Source: Sphingomonadaceae bacterium
Lineage (GTDB): Bacteria > Chloroflexota > UBA6077
Assembly (NCBI GenBank): GCA_050261575.1
Contig: JBLNDL010000057.1
Span: forward strand, 62,001-100,349
Reading direction: 5' to 3'
DNA: 38,349 nucleotides
Shown here: piece after piece, positions 27,210 through 35,695 of the stretch
How positions within the stretch are numbered: position 1 is the stretch's first letter
Layout: the number at the start of each line of letters is the position of its first letter
The notes under the pieces: model-generated
The model's database searches: none
Seen by the model: the letters and a program-made list of their open reading frames with translations, nothing else
Told to the model about the DNA's origin: nothing
Program-made: the position numbers and the translations under genes

Positions 27210-28280
27210 TCAGCGGTTCGTCGGCGGTAGCGCCACCCCCACCTCCTCGGCGATCCTCACCAGATCCTTCCACACGCCCACGGCTATGGGCACGCCCTGC
27301 TTGAGCCGCTCCTCCCGCTTGAGCCACTCGATCTCGCCGGGCACGTAGACCCTGTCGTTGCCCCTGGCCAACTCGGAGGCGTGCATCGCCTGGATCGCCT
27401 CGTCCATCCTCGCCTTGAACTCGGACGGATCCATGAATGCCTTTATGTCGACCACCTGGAAGAAGTGGCCCACGTTCAGGTTGGGCATGATCCCGTTCTC
27501 GAACACCGGCACCGAGTGCACGAAGGCCGCCCCGTTCAGTATCGCCCCCAGCGCCATGACGACGAACGCCATGCCGTATCCCTTATAGCCGCCGACCGGC
27601 TGAACGAGGCCGGCGTACGCCTCGACGGGATCGGTGGTGGGCTCCCCGTGCTTGTTCAGGGCCCACGTGCTGGGGATTGGAGTTCCGGTCTTCGCCGCGT
27701 GCGCGATCTTGCCCCGAGCCACCACGCTCTGGGCCATGTCCAGCACCACCGGGTACTCTTTCCCCGCCGGCAACGCCACGCCGAAGGGGTTGTTCCCCAG
27801 CAGCTTCGTGATGCCGCCCCACGGGGCCATGATGCGGGTGGCTCCAGGCGTCGCCGCTATCCCGATCATGTCGTGCTCTATCGCCATCAGCGCATAGTAG
27901 GCACAGGTGCCCAGATGGTTGCTGTGCCGGACGCCCACCCATGCCACCCCGGTCCTCTTCGCCTTCTCTATGGCGATCTTCATTGCCTGGACGCCCACCA
28001 CCTGTCCCGCGCCGTCGTCACCATCCACCAGGGCCGTGGACACTGTCTCCCTCAAGACCCGGACGTTCGGCTTTGGGTTCATCGCCCCCGCCTTGTAGCG
28101 GTTGGTGTATGGCTCCACCCTGATCACGCCGTGGGAGTACACACCCCGCAGATCGGCCTCCACCAGGTGATCCGCGATGATGGCGGCATCCCGCGGCGGG
28201 ACGCCGTGGGCGATGAAGATGCTCCCCACGAACTCTCGCAGGGGATCGGGCATCACGGTTACGTTTGCCGGGTCTGGCAT
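27210..28280 (-). CDS. Ldh_2 family oxidoreductase (malate/L-lactate/L-sulfolactate dehydrogenase)
   Basis: ADLRG..SHG..R, H.NHLG, LGNNP, LDMA, GGYKGYG, VYVPGE. ATG 28280 after GGAAGGAGG. Confidence 0.93.
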   Translation of the reverse strand: MPDPANVTVMPDPLREFVGSIFIAHGVPPRDAAIIADHLVEADLRGVYSHGVIRVEPYTNRYKAGAMNPKPNVRVLRETVSTALVDGDDGAGQVVGVQAMKIAIEKAKRTGVAWVGVRHSNHLGTCAYYALMAIEHDMIGIAATPGATRIMAPWGGITKLLGNNPFGVALPAGKEYPVVLDMAQSVVARGKIAHAAKTGTPIPSTWALNKHGEPTTDPVEAYAGLVQPVGGYKGYGMAFVVMALGAILNGAAFVHSVPVFENGIMPNLNVGHFFQVVDIKAFMDPSEFKARMDEAIQAMHASELARGNDRVYVPGEIEWLKREERLKQGVPIAVGVWKDLVRIAEEVGVALPPTNR

Positions 28281-28355
28281 ACGCGGAAGCCTCCTTCCAT
28301 CGATTGCTGGGTCGGGTCCAGCGCCCTCCGGGGTCCAATCCGGTCGGAGAAGCTG

Positions 28356-28423
28356 AGCAGGCATCTCTAGTTTATGTCCACTCCTCTGCCGGGAAACGTG
28401 TACTCCATCTAGATATACCTGCT
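28356..28423 (-). mobile_element. 68-bp TIR element (MITE-like), copy A
   Basis: Colinear ungapped match to copies B and C; 15-bp terminal inverted repeats. Confidence 0.75.
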
Positions 28424-28429
28424 TGGGGC

Positions 28430-28458
28430 ATCCTATCATCGCCATTTGGCCCCGTCAA
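28430..28458 (-). promoter_or_regulatory. Sigma70-type promoter for Ldh_2 gene
   Basis: TTGACG(28458-53)-N17-TAGGAT(28435-30) with extended TG. Confidence 0.65.
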
Positions 28459-28657
28459 ACCAATGGCCCATAGCCCGAACCGGCAGTTGACTGTATACCC
28501 ACTCCAATCACTCGCTCTGCCCACGCCACCGCCAGGGCTGGCCCAATTGACTTGGTCGCTCGAGGCTTTCCTGCTCGCGTAGGGAGCCGGGAGAGCGGAC
28601 CACAGATGGAGTTGCCGTTGGCGGCATGGCTATTGCCTTCGCACCGGCGAGGACGAC

Positions 28658-30385
28658 ATGCTGCTCGCCGAGCTCGCAGAAGGCTTCGCCAAGATCGAGG
28701 CCACCACCAAGCACCACCTGATGGCGGCGCTCCTCTCGGACCTGTTTCGCAGGGCCCCCGAGGATGCGCACACACTGCCCTATCTTCTGGAGGGTCGCCT
28801 GGGACCGCCATACGCGGCCCCCGACATCGGCATGGACGAGCGAAGGCTGGCCGAGGCCATCGCGCAGGCTGCCGGAACCTCCACCGAAGAGGTGTGGAGG
28901 CGGTACAAGCAGCGGGGCGATCTGGGGCTGGTGGCCGAGGACATCCTGCCCGCGAAGGACCGGCGGGTCTCCGTGCAGGAGGCGTTTCGCGAGCTGGTGC
29001 GAGTTGCCGAGACCACCGGGGGCGGCGCCCACGAGGAGAAGGTGAAGCTCTTCGCCGGCCTCTTGCGCCGGTTAGGGAAACTGGAGGCCCGCTACCTGGT
29101 GCGAATCACCCAGGGGAGGCTCCGCCTGGGAGTGGGCGATGCCACCATCATGGACGCCCTCTCCATCGCGCGCGCGGGGGATACCTCCCTGCGGCCCCGA
29201 ATCGAGCGTGCCTACGCCCTCTGCTCCGACCTTGGGCTGGTGGCCGAGACCCTTCTGACCCAGGGACCGGAGGCCGTGGACCGCATCCACCCCACCCCGG
29301 GCCGCCCAGTCCTGTCGGCGCTGGCCGAGCGGCTACCCTCACCCCAGGCGATCATACAGAAGCTCGGCCGAGTCATCGCCGAGCCCAAGTACGACGGACT
29401 CCGCCTCCAGGCGCAGAAGGAGGGCGAGCGGGTCTGGTTGTTCACCCGACGCCTGGAGAACGTGACCAACGCCCTCCCGGACATTGCACGGTCGGTCCAG
29501 CAGCAGGTGGCGGCACGCCAGGCCATCCTCGACGGCGAAGCCGTGGGGTACGACCCCAAGACCGGCAGGTTTCTGCCCTTCCAGCAGACGGTCCGGCGCC
29601 GCCGCAAGCATAAGGTGGAGGTGATGGAGGCCCTCTACCCCCTTCGCTACTTCGTCTTCGACCTGCTCTTCCTGGACGGCCAGGACCTCACGCCCCTGCC
29701 ACTCAGAGAGCGTTCCCGGCGTCTCAGGGAGATAGTCCGGGAGGAGCCTGAGGGGATCGTATTCGTGGCCCCACAGATGGAGACCGACGACCCGGCGGAG
29801 CTGAGGCGATTCTTCGACGAGATGGTGAAGCAAGGGCTGGAGGGAACGCTCGTGAAGCGGCCGGACTCTCCCTACCATGCGGGCGCGCGGAGGCACAACT
29901 GGGTCAAACTGAAGCCAGGTTACGAGGCGGGCCGGGCGGACACCTACGACCTGGTGATCCTGGGCTACTACCGAGGTCGCGGCAAGCGGGCGAAGCTCGG
30001 GATCGGGTCGTTGCTGGCCGCCGTCTACGTCCCGGAGACCGGCATGTTCCGCACGGTCGCCCGCGTGGGCTCCGGCCTCACGGACGAGGAGTGGGTGCAG
30101 CTCCGAGAGATGCTGGACGCCGTGGCGCTACCGGAGAGGTCGAAACAGGTGGACTCGTTGATTCCGGCCGACGTGTGGGTGGAGCCGCGATACGTGATCG
30201 AGGTGATCGCGAGCGAGATCACCCGCAGCCCCCGCCACACTTGCGGCAAGGTGGGGAAGGAGCCTGGCTACGCCCTGCGGTTCCCCAGGGTGTCCCGCTT
30301 CCGCTTCGACCGCCGCCCCGAGGACGCCACCACGGAGAGAGATATACTCGACCTCTACCGTATGCAAGTTCCACTGGCAGCCTGA
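28658..30385 (+). CDS. ATP-dependent DNA ligase (DBD-NTase-OB; LigB/archaeal type)
   Basis: EPKYDGLR (motif I), LDGEAV, VFDLL, EGTLVK, WVKLK, ALRFPR. Confidence 0.96.
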   Translation: MLLAELAEGFAKIEATTKHHLMAALLSDLFRRAPEDAHTLPYLLEGRLGPPYAAPDIGMDERRLAEAIAQAAGTSTEEVWRRYKQRGDLGLVAEDILPAKDRRVSVQEAFRELVRVAETTGGGAHEEKVKLFAGLLRRLGKLEARYLVRITQGRLRLGVGDATIMDALSIARAGDTSLRPRIERAYALCSDLGLVAETLLTQGPEAVDRIHPTPGRPVLSALAERLPSPQAIIQKLGRVIAEPKYDGLRLQAQKEGERVWLFTRRLENVTNALPDIARSVQQQVAARQAILDGEAVGYDPKTGRFLPFQQTVRRRRKHKVEVMEALYPLRYFVFDLLFLDGQDLTPLPLRERSRRLREIVREEPEGIVFVAPQMETDDPAELRRFFDEMVKQGLEGTLVKRPDSPYHAGARRHNWVKLKPGYEAGRADTYDLVILGYYRGRGKRAKLGIGSLLAAVYVPETGMFRTVARVGSGLTDEEWVQLREMLDAVALPERSKQVDSLIPADVWVEPRYVIEVIASEITRSPRHTCGKVGKEPGYALRFPRVSRFRFDRRPEDATTERDILDLYRMQVPLAA

Positions 30386-30395
30386 GTCTGCCCGC

Positions 30396-30668
30396 CTATA
30401 GAGCACGAGCGGTTCGCACCAGGTTGGCTGCCACCACTGCCAGACCGCCGATCGCCAGGTTGATCGCAGCTATTCGGATCCATTCGACCACCAAGCTATC
30501 TGCCGCCTCCATTCCTGCCAGCAGTGCAGAGGCGCTCCTGCCCCTCAGCACCCCCTCGGGCAGCAGCAGGTAGCTGGCGGTCCACGACAGCAGGAAAAGA
30601 ACCGACGCCATGGCACTGAGAGAGAGGAACCTGACCATCAGACTCTCGTGCAGAAGGAGTCTCGTCAT
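30396..30668 (-). CDS. Short membrane protein, possibly truncated
   Basis: 90 aa, two hydrophobic helices separated by LLPEGVLRG; ends 10 bp from the ligase stop. Confidence 0.45.
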   Translation of the reverse strand: MTRLLLHESLMVRFLSLSAMASVLFLLSWTASYLLLPEGVLRGRSASALLAGMEAADSLVVEWIRIAAINLAIGGLAVVAANLVRTARAL

Positions 30669-30704
30669 GGGCTTGTAGTTCGCGGAGTCTGTGTGGGCAG
30701 TCTA

Positions 30705-30772
30705 TGCAGGTATCTCTAGATGGAGTACGCGTCTTCAGCCAGAGAAGCTGACCGGGACTGGAGATGCCTGCT
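30705..30772 (+). mobile_element. 68-bp TIR element (MITE-like), copy B
   Basis: TGCAGGTATCTCTAGATGGAGTAC...CTGGAGATGCCTGCT. Confidence 0.75.
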
Positions 30773-30793
30773 CAGCGGTCAAGGTTGAGATAT

Positions 30794-30822
30794 GCAGGGC
30801 GGGGTCTTGCACCCCGCCCTGC
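30794..30822 (-). terminator. GC-rich hairpin after DHDPS-family gene (terminator or REP)
   Basis: GCAGGGCGGGGT-CTTGC-ACCCCGCCCTGC, 12-bp perfect stem 5 nt after the stop; U-tract weak. Confidence 0.55.
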
Positions 30823-30827
30823 GCCAC

Positions 30828-31727
30828 CTATCCCCTCGGGATCGGCACACCTAGCTCGATACTGGTCCTGATGAACCTGTCCGTTTCCTCGGGGGTGAGC
30901 ACCGGCAGCGGCGTGCTGACGTGCTCCTCCGTCAGCCCCATCGCCTTCGTCACGATCTTGTAGGTGTAGTTGGGCGCCCTGCCGCGCAGCCTCACCAGCC
31001 TGTCGAGCTTGTTCTGCAGGGCAAACAGCGTCTTGTAGTCCTTCTCCCTGCCCGCCTTCATCAGGTCCACGACCAGCGACGGCCAGACGTTGGCGTGCCC
31101 CGGCACCAGCCCCTCCGCGCCCATCATCAGGCTGACGGCGCACATGTACTGGTTCCCCTGAAGGAACACGAAATCCTTCTCCTTGTTTAACAGCACGGGC
31201 TGAACCTCCGGCCAATCGCCGGAAGAGTCCTTGATGCCCACGATGTTGGGGTGGTTCTGGAGTCCCAGCACCAGGTCCGCGTTCATCGGGGTCTTGGTGT
31301 TGACGGGGATGTTGTAGAGCAGCACCGGCAGATCCGCCGCGTCGGCGATCTTCCGGAAGTGCTTGTCCAGCTCGCGGTTCACGTAGCCGCCGTAGTAGAA
31401 GGGCGCAGCCGCCACGTAGCCTGCCAGGCCGCGGCCGGAGAGGTTCTTGATCGCGTCGATCGTGCGAGCGGTGCTCGGCTCGATGACACCCGCGATCACC
31501 GGCACCCGGCCGGCCACCACCTCGACCGTCGCCTCCACCATCGCCGCAGCGACCGAAGGCCGCACGAAGGGACCCTCCCCGATGCTACCGAGGACGAAGA
31601 TGCCGTCTACGCCGGCACCAACCACGAATTCGATGTGGCGCCTCACGCCCTCGCGGTCGAGCTCTTCGTCCGCCGTCAGAGGCGTGATCACCGGTGGGTA
31701 CACTCCGACAAACTTGCTACCTGCCAA
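30828..31727 (-). CDS. DHDPS/NAL-family aldolase (DapA-like, probably catabolic)
   Basis: GSIGE, LYNIP, GIKDSSG (Schiff-base Lys). TTG start 31727 after GGAGG. Confidence 0.9.
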   Translation of the reverse strand: MAGSKFVGVYPPVITPLTADEELDREGVRRHIEFVVGAGVDGIFVLGSIGEGPFVRPSVAAAMVEATVEVVAGRVPVIAGVIEPSTARTIDAIKNLSGRGLAGYVAAAPFYYGGYVNRELDKHFRKIADAADLPVLLYNIPVNTKTPMNADLVLGLQNHPNIVGIKDSSGDWPEVQPVLLNKEKDFVFLQGNQYMCAVSLMMGAEGLVPGHANVWPSLVVDLMKAGREKDYKTLFALQNKLDRLVRLRGRAPNYTYKIVTKAMGLTEEHVSTPLPVLTPEETDRFIRTSIELGVPIPRG

Positions 31728-32016
31728 GTCTCCATCCTCCTCGATGAATAGGCGGGAAATGCCGCGGCATTCAGACCGATGACACCGCAACCGATGCCGC
31801 GTCGAGCCGTGGCTCGCCCCAAGTTCAACCGCAATCGGGTCAACAGCTCCAGCCTACTAGGGTGTCCACACTCCGTCAACTGGTGCTCCTCACAGCGCGG
31901 AGGATGGAGCCTGTCACCAGGCTGCACCCAGCGCCCTCCACACGTGCGCCAAGGTTATAGAATAGATGGGGAAGCGGCGCCCGGCCCGTCCCCAATCCAT
32001 CCACCCGGGAGATCAG

Positions 32017-34563
32017 ATGGCCGACCACATCACCGTGCGCGGCGCGCGGCTGCACAACCTGAAAAACGTCACACTCTCGATCCCCAAGAACCGGCTCGTA
32101 GTCCTGACAGGTCTGTCCGGTTCCGGCAAGTCGACCCTCGGGTTCGACATCCTGCACAAAGAAGGTCAGCGCCAATACCTGGAATCGCTCGGAATGGTCG
32201 CCTATGGGATGGTGAAGCCCCCGGTGGACGCCATCACAGGGCTCTCCCCATCCATCAGCGTGGACCAGCATCTCACCAACCACAGCCCGCGCTCCACGGT
32301 CGGGACCGCCACCGACATCTATACCTACCTGCGCGTGCTGTTCGCTCGCCTGGGGCACCGCCCCTGCCCGAGCTGTGAGGAAAACGTCCCGCCCCGCTTC
32401 GACCCTTCCAGCGCTGAATGGGAAAGCGAACCCATCGCGGACGACGACGGTTCCGCTCCGGAGGAGACCTTCCCCTGTCCGCACTGCAGCGCGCCCGTGC
32501 CGGAGGTTGGCATGGCCCACTTCTCCTTCAACAAACCAGAGGGAGCCTGCCCCACCTGCACCGGACTGGGCATCGTGCAGCGGGCCAACCTGGATCGGCT
32601 GGTCGACGGGCAAAGGAGCATCCTGGATGGCGCCGTCGCGGGCTGGAACGCCTTCCACATCGACTACCACTCCTCCACCCTGCGGGCGGCCGCCGCCCAC
32701 TACGGGTTCGAGTTCGACCTGTCCCTCCCGGTCAAAGACTACACGCCGCAGCAGCGCGACCTGCTGTTCTTCGGCGTGGACAGTCCCCGATTCCGCCGCC
32801 ACTTCCCGAGTGTCGAGCCACCAACCACCGTCCGCAAGGGGCGTTTCGAGGGAATCGCTACCAATCTCCTTCGCCGCTACGCAGAACACATCCACGAACA
32901 CGCCCACGAGGCCGATTACCGCGACAAGCTGGAGGAATACCTGGTCACTCAAACCTGTCCCGACTGCGCCGGCACGCGCCTGCGCCCCGAAAGCCGTGCG
33001 GTGACCGTCAACGGGCAGACCATAATCGACCTCTCGCGCCTGTCGCTCACCGACCTCGGCGCATGGCTGGATGCCCTCCCCACCGTCCTCCGCCCCGACG
33101 AGATGCTCATTGCCGAACCGATCCTGTCCGACCTGAGGGTGCGCATCGACCGGGTGGTGGAGGTCGGCGCGGGTTACCTGACCCTGGAGCGATCTTCGCC
33201 AACTCTCTCGGCCGGCGAGGCCCAGCGTCTGCGGCTGGCTTCTCTGCTCGGCTCGGGTTTGAGCGGCGTGCTGTACGTTTTCGACGAGCCAACCATCGGG
33301 CTGCACCCTCGCGACACCCGCCGCATGATCGACGTCTTGCGCCGCCTGCGCGATCTCGGCAACACCGTGCTCGTCGTCGAACACGACCTGGAGATGATCG
33401 CCGCCGCGGATCACGTGATCGACTTCGGCCCAGGCGCCGGCAAGCACGGCGGGCAGGTGGTCGCGGCCGGCACACCGGCCGAAGTCGCCGCCCAGCCGGG
33501 GTCGATCACCGGCGACTACCTGGCCAGGCGGACGTCCATCCCCGTCCCTCGACGCCGCCGCGCGCCGAACGGCAAGGCCATCACCATCCACGGCGCTCGC
33601 CACCACAACCTCCAGAACGTCACCGTGAGCCTGCCGTTGGGCATGCTGGTCGCCGTGACAGGTGTATCCGGGTCCGGGAAATCGTCGCTGGTGTTCGACG
33701 TCCTCGACCGCGCGATCCGCCGGCACCTCCACGGTTCCGGAGACGCCCCGGGCGAGCACGACGCAATCGAAGGCTACGAACAGCTCGACAAGATCATCAC
33801 CATCGACCAGCAGCACATTGGGCGCATCCCCCGCTCGAACGCCGCGACATATTCGGACACGTTCACCCCGATCCGTGAGGCATTCGCCGCCACCCTCGAA
33901 GCTCGCCGCCGCGGCCTGTCCGCCCGTCACTTCTCGTTCAACGTACCGGGCGGGCGATGCGAGCGCTGCGAGGGCGCCGGCGTCCTGACCGTCAAGATGC
34001 AACTGCTGCCCGACGTGGAAGTGCGCTGTCCCACCTGCCACGGGCGCCGCTTCACCCGCGAGACGCTCGCAGTGCGATACCGCGGCCACGACATCTCCCA
34101 GGTGCTCGAGATGACGGTCGAAGAAGCCCTGGCGCTGTTCGAGGATGTCCCCGCTGCGCGCTCCCGCCTCCAGGTGCTGTCCGACGTCGGCCTGGGCTAC
34201 CTGCAGCTCGGGCAGCCCGCCACCACGCTTTCGGGCGGGGAAGCCCAGCGCGTGAAGCTGGCTAAGGAGCTGGGACGCCGCATCACCGGTCGCACCCTCT
34301 ATCTGCTCGACGAACCCACCACCGGTCTGCACCTGGCCGACACAGCTCGGCTGCTGTGCGTGCTCCAGCGCCTCGTCGATGCGGGCAACACCGTGGTGGT
34401 CGTGGAGCACAACCTTGAACTGGTGAAGGCAGCCGACTGGATCATAGACCTCGGACCGGAAGGAGGGGCGGCAGGCGGCAGACTGATCGCGGAGGGCACC
34501 CCCGAGCAGGTCGCCCGGGTCCCCGGTTCGCACACCGGCAGGTATCTGAGGGAGATCCTATGA
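32017..34563 (+). CDS. uvrA: UvrA paralog, class II (UvrA2/DrrC-like)
   Basis: Two Walker A motifs (GLSGSGKS, GVSGSGKS), LSAGEAQR/LSGGEAQR, DEPT, zinc CxxC pairs; 848 aa. Confidence 0.93.
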   Translation: MADHITVRGARLHNLKNVTLSIPKNRLVVLTGLSGSGKSTLGFDILHKEGQRQYLESLGMVAYGMVKPPVDAITGLSPSISVDQHLTNHSPRSTVGTATDIYTYLRVLFARLGHRPCPSCEENVPPRFDPSSAEWESEPIADDDGSAPEETFPCPHCSAPVPEVGMAHFSFNKPEGACPTCTGLGIVQRANLDRLVDGQRSILDGAVAGWNAFHIDYHSSTLRAAAAHYGFEFDLSLPVKDYTPQQRDLLFFGVDSPRFRRHFPSVEPPTTVRKGRFEGIATNLLRRYAEHIHEHAHEADYRDKLEEYLVTQTCPDCAGTRLRPESRAVTVNGQTIIDLSRLSLTDLGAWLDALPTVLRPDEMLIAEPILSDLRVRIDRVVEVGAGYLTLERSSPTLSAGEAQRLRLASLLGSGLSGVLYVFDEPTIGLHPRDTRRMIDVLRRLRDLGNTVLVVEHDLEMIAAADHVIDFGPGAGKHGGQVVAAGTPAEVAAQPGSITGDYLARRTSIPVPRRRRAPNGKAITIHGARHHNLQNVTVSLPLGMLVAVTGVSGSGKSSLVFDVLDRAIRRHLHGSGDAPGEHDAIEGYEQLDKIITIDQQHIGRIPRSNAATYSDTFTPIREAFAATLEARRRGLSARHFSFNVPGGRCERCEGAGVLTVKMQLLPDVEVRCPTCHGRRFTRETLAVRYRGHDISQVLEMTVEEALALFEDVPAARSRLQVLSDVGLGYLQLGQPATTLSGGEAQRVKLAKELGRRITGRTLYLLDEPTTGLHLADTARLLCVLQRLVDAGNTVVVVEHNLELVKAADWIIDLGPEGGAAGGRLIAEGTPEQVARVPGSHTGRYLREIL

Positions 34564-34677
34564 TCGACGGGGAAGCACGGAGGCCAGGCGCGCGCCGACA
34601 ACCGGGCGCTCTCTGCTGTTCCACTTCGGGCTGGGGCGGATGCGGACGTGGGGTTGGCAACTCTGCATGCGCATCCG

Positions 34678-35436
34678 TCAGACCTGCAGCAGGCCGTCCG
34701 GATCCAGGACCTTGATCCGCCTCTGTGGGAGCTGCCGGATCAGCCCCGCGTCCTCGAGTTCCGCCATCTTCCTGCTGATCGTCTCGGGCGTGGTGCCCAG
34801 GTAGGACGCCAGATCCTTCTTGCTCATGGGCAACTGGAATGTGCGGGAAGGGCCGGCGCCCAGGCACTCCGCGATGAAGAGGGCGATTCTGGTCTCGACG
34901 CGCTCAGTGGCAAAGCTGGTCGTCTGCTTCTCCGACTTCTCCAGCCTTTCGGAAAACTCGGCGAGTATCTTGAGGGAGATCTGGGGGTACTTCAGCAGGT
35001 ACTGCTGCAAGTCTCGGCGGGAAATGATGCAGACCTCCGTGGGCTCCATGGCTTCCGCGTAGGATTCGTGAATGGACTCCCGGAACAGAGCCAGCTCACC
35101 GGTGAAGTCTCCCGGCATCAGAATGCGGACCAACTGTTCCTTGCCAGACTCCGACAGACGGTAGATCCTGATCTTCCCCCGATGGACGACGTAGAGGGAA
35201 TCGGACTGCTCACCGGCGCGGTAGATCAGGTCGCCTTTCTTGTAGGCGGCGGATCGCATGGCGCCCATGATCTCGTCCATCTGCTCGTCTTCCAGATGGT
35301 TGAACACGGGAACCAGGGAGATGCACGCCCCGTGTGATCCGTGTTCGTGTGCATGGCGATGCCCACGGCTGGAGTCGTGGGCATGCCGGATGCGCTGATC
35401 AGGAAGGCGGTTGTGCTGTCTGTTCTTGTCTTCCAT
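34678..35436 (-). CDS. Crp/Fnr-family regulator (FLP-like) with His-rich N-terminus
   Basis: GKEQLVRIL.PGDFTGE, VETRIA, DLASYLGTTPETISR HTH. Start ATG 35436 after GGGAG. Confidence 0.93.
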   Translation of the reverse strand: MEDKNRQHNRLPDQRIRHAHDSSRGHRHAHEHGSHGACISLVPVFNHLEDEQMDEIMGAMRSAAYKKGDLIYRAGEQSDSLYVVHRGKIRIYRLSESGKEQLVRILMPGDFTGELALFRESIHESYAEAMEPTEVCIISRRDLQQYLLKYPQISLKILAEFSERLEKSEKQTTSFATERVETRIALFIAECLGAGPSRTFQLPMSKKDLASYLGTTPETISRKMAELEDAGLIRQLPQRRIKVLDPDGLLQV

Positions 35437-35695
35437 GTTCCTGCTCCCAGCGGGATCCAAGCGCGTCGCACCTCGATTCGATGGCGTAGGGCCGGCGGCC
35501 CCCTCGGGCCTCGACACCACGCTCGCAAGCGTCGAGCCCTGCCGGCCCGAGGGACCGGCCGGCGGGGCACGAGTGACGCGAGCGGGCACGCGAGGCGAGC
35601 GAGCACAGCCTCGCGGCCACGCCCGCCCGGGCTCAAGCCCGGGCGGGCGGATGCGGCGGTCCACCCCTACGACGGTGACTCGAGGAACGGCGGAC

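Noticed and set aside
28281..28445. N-terminal extension of Ldh_2 in the ORF track
   Set aside because: It runs through the 68-bp element and promoter; a strong SD supports ATG 28280.
31876..34533. 885-aa minus-strand ORF
   Set aside because: Antisense shadow of the UvrA paralog.
34538..34552. Fourth copy of the 68-bp element (GCAGGTATCT)
   Set aside because: Only a 10-bp match, inside the conserved uvrA C-terminal codons (GRYL).
35437..35695. ncRNA between the ATPase and Crp/Fnr genes
   Set aside because: GC-rich hairpins (e.g. CGCCCGCCCGGGC-TCAA-GCCCGGGCGGGCG) are present but nothing distinguishes them from a terminator or spacer.
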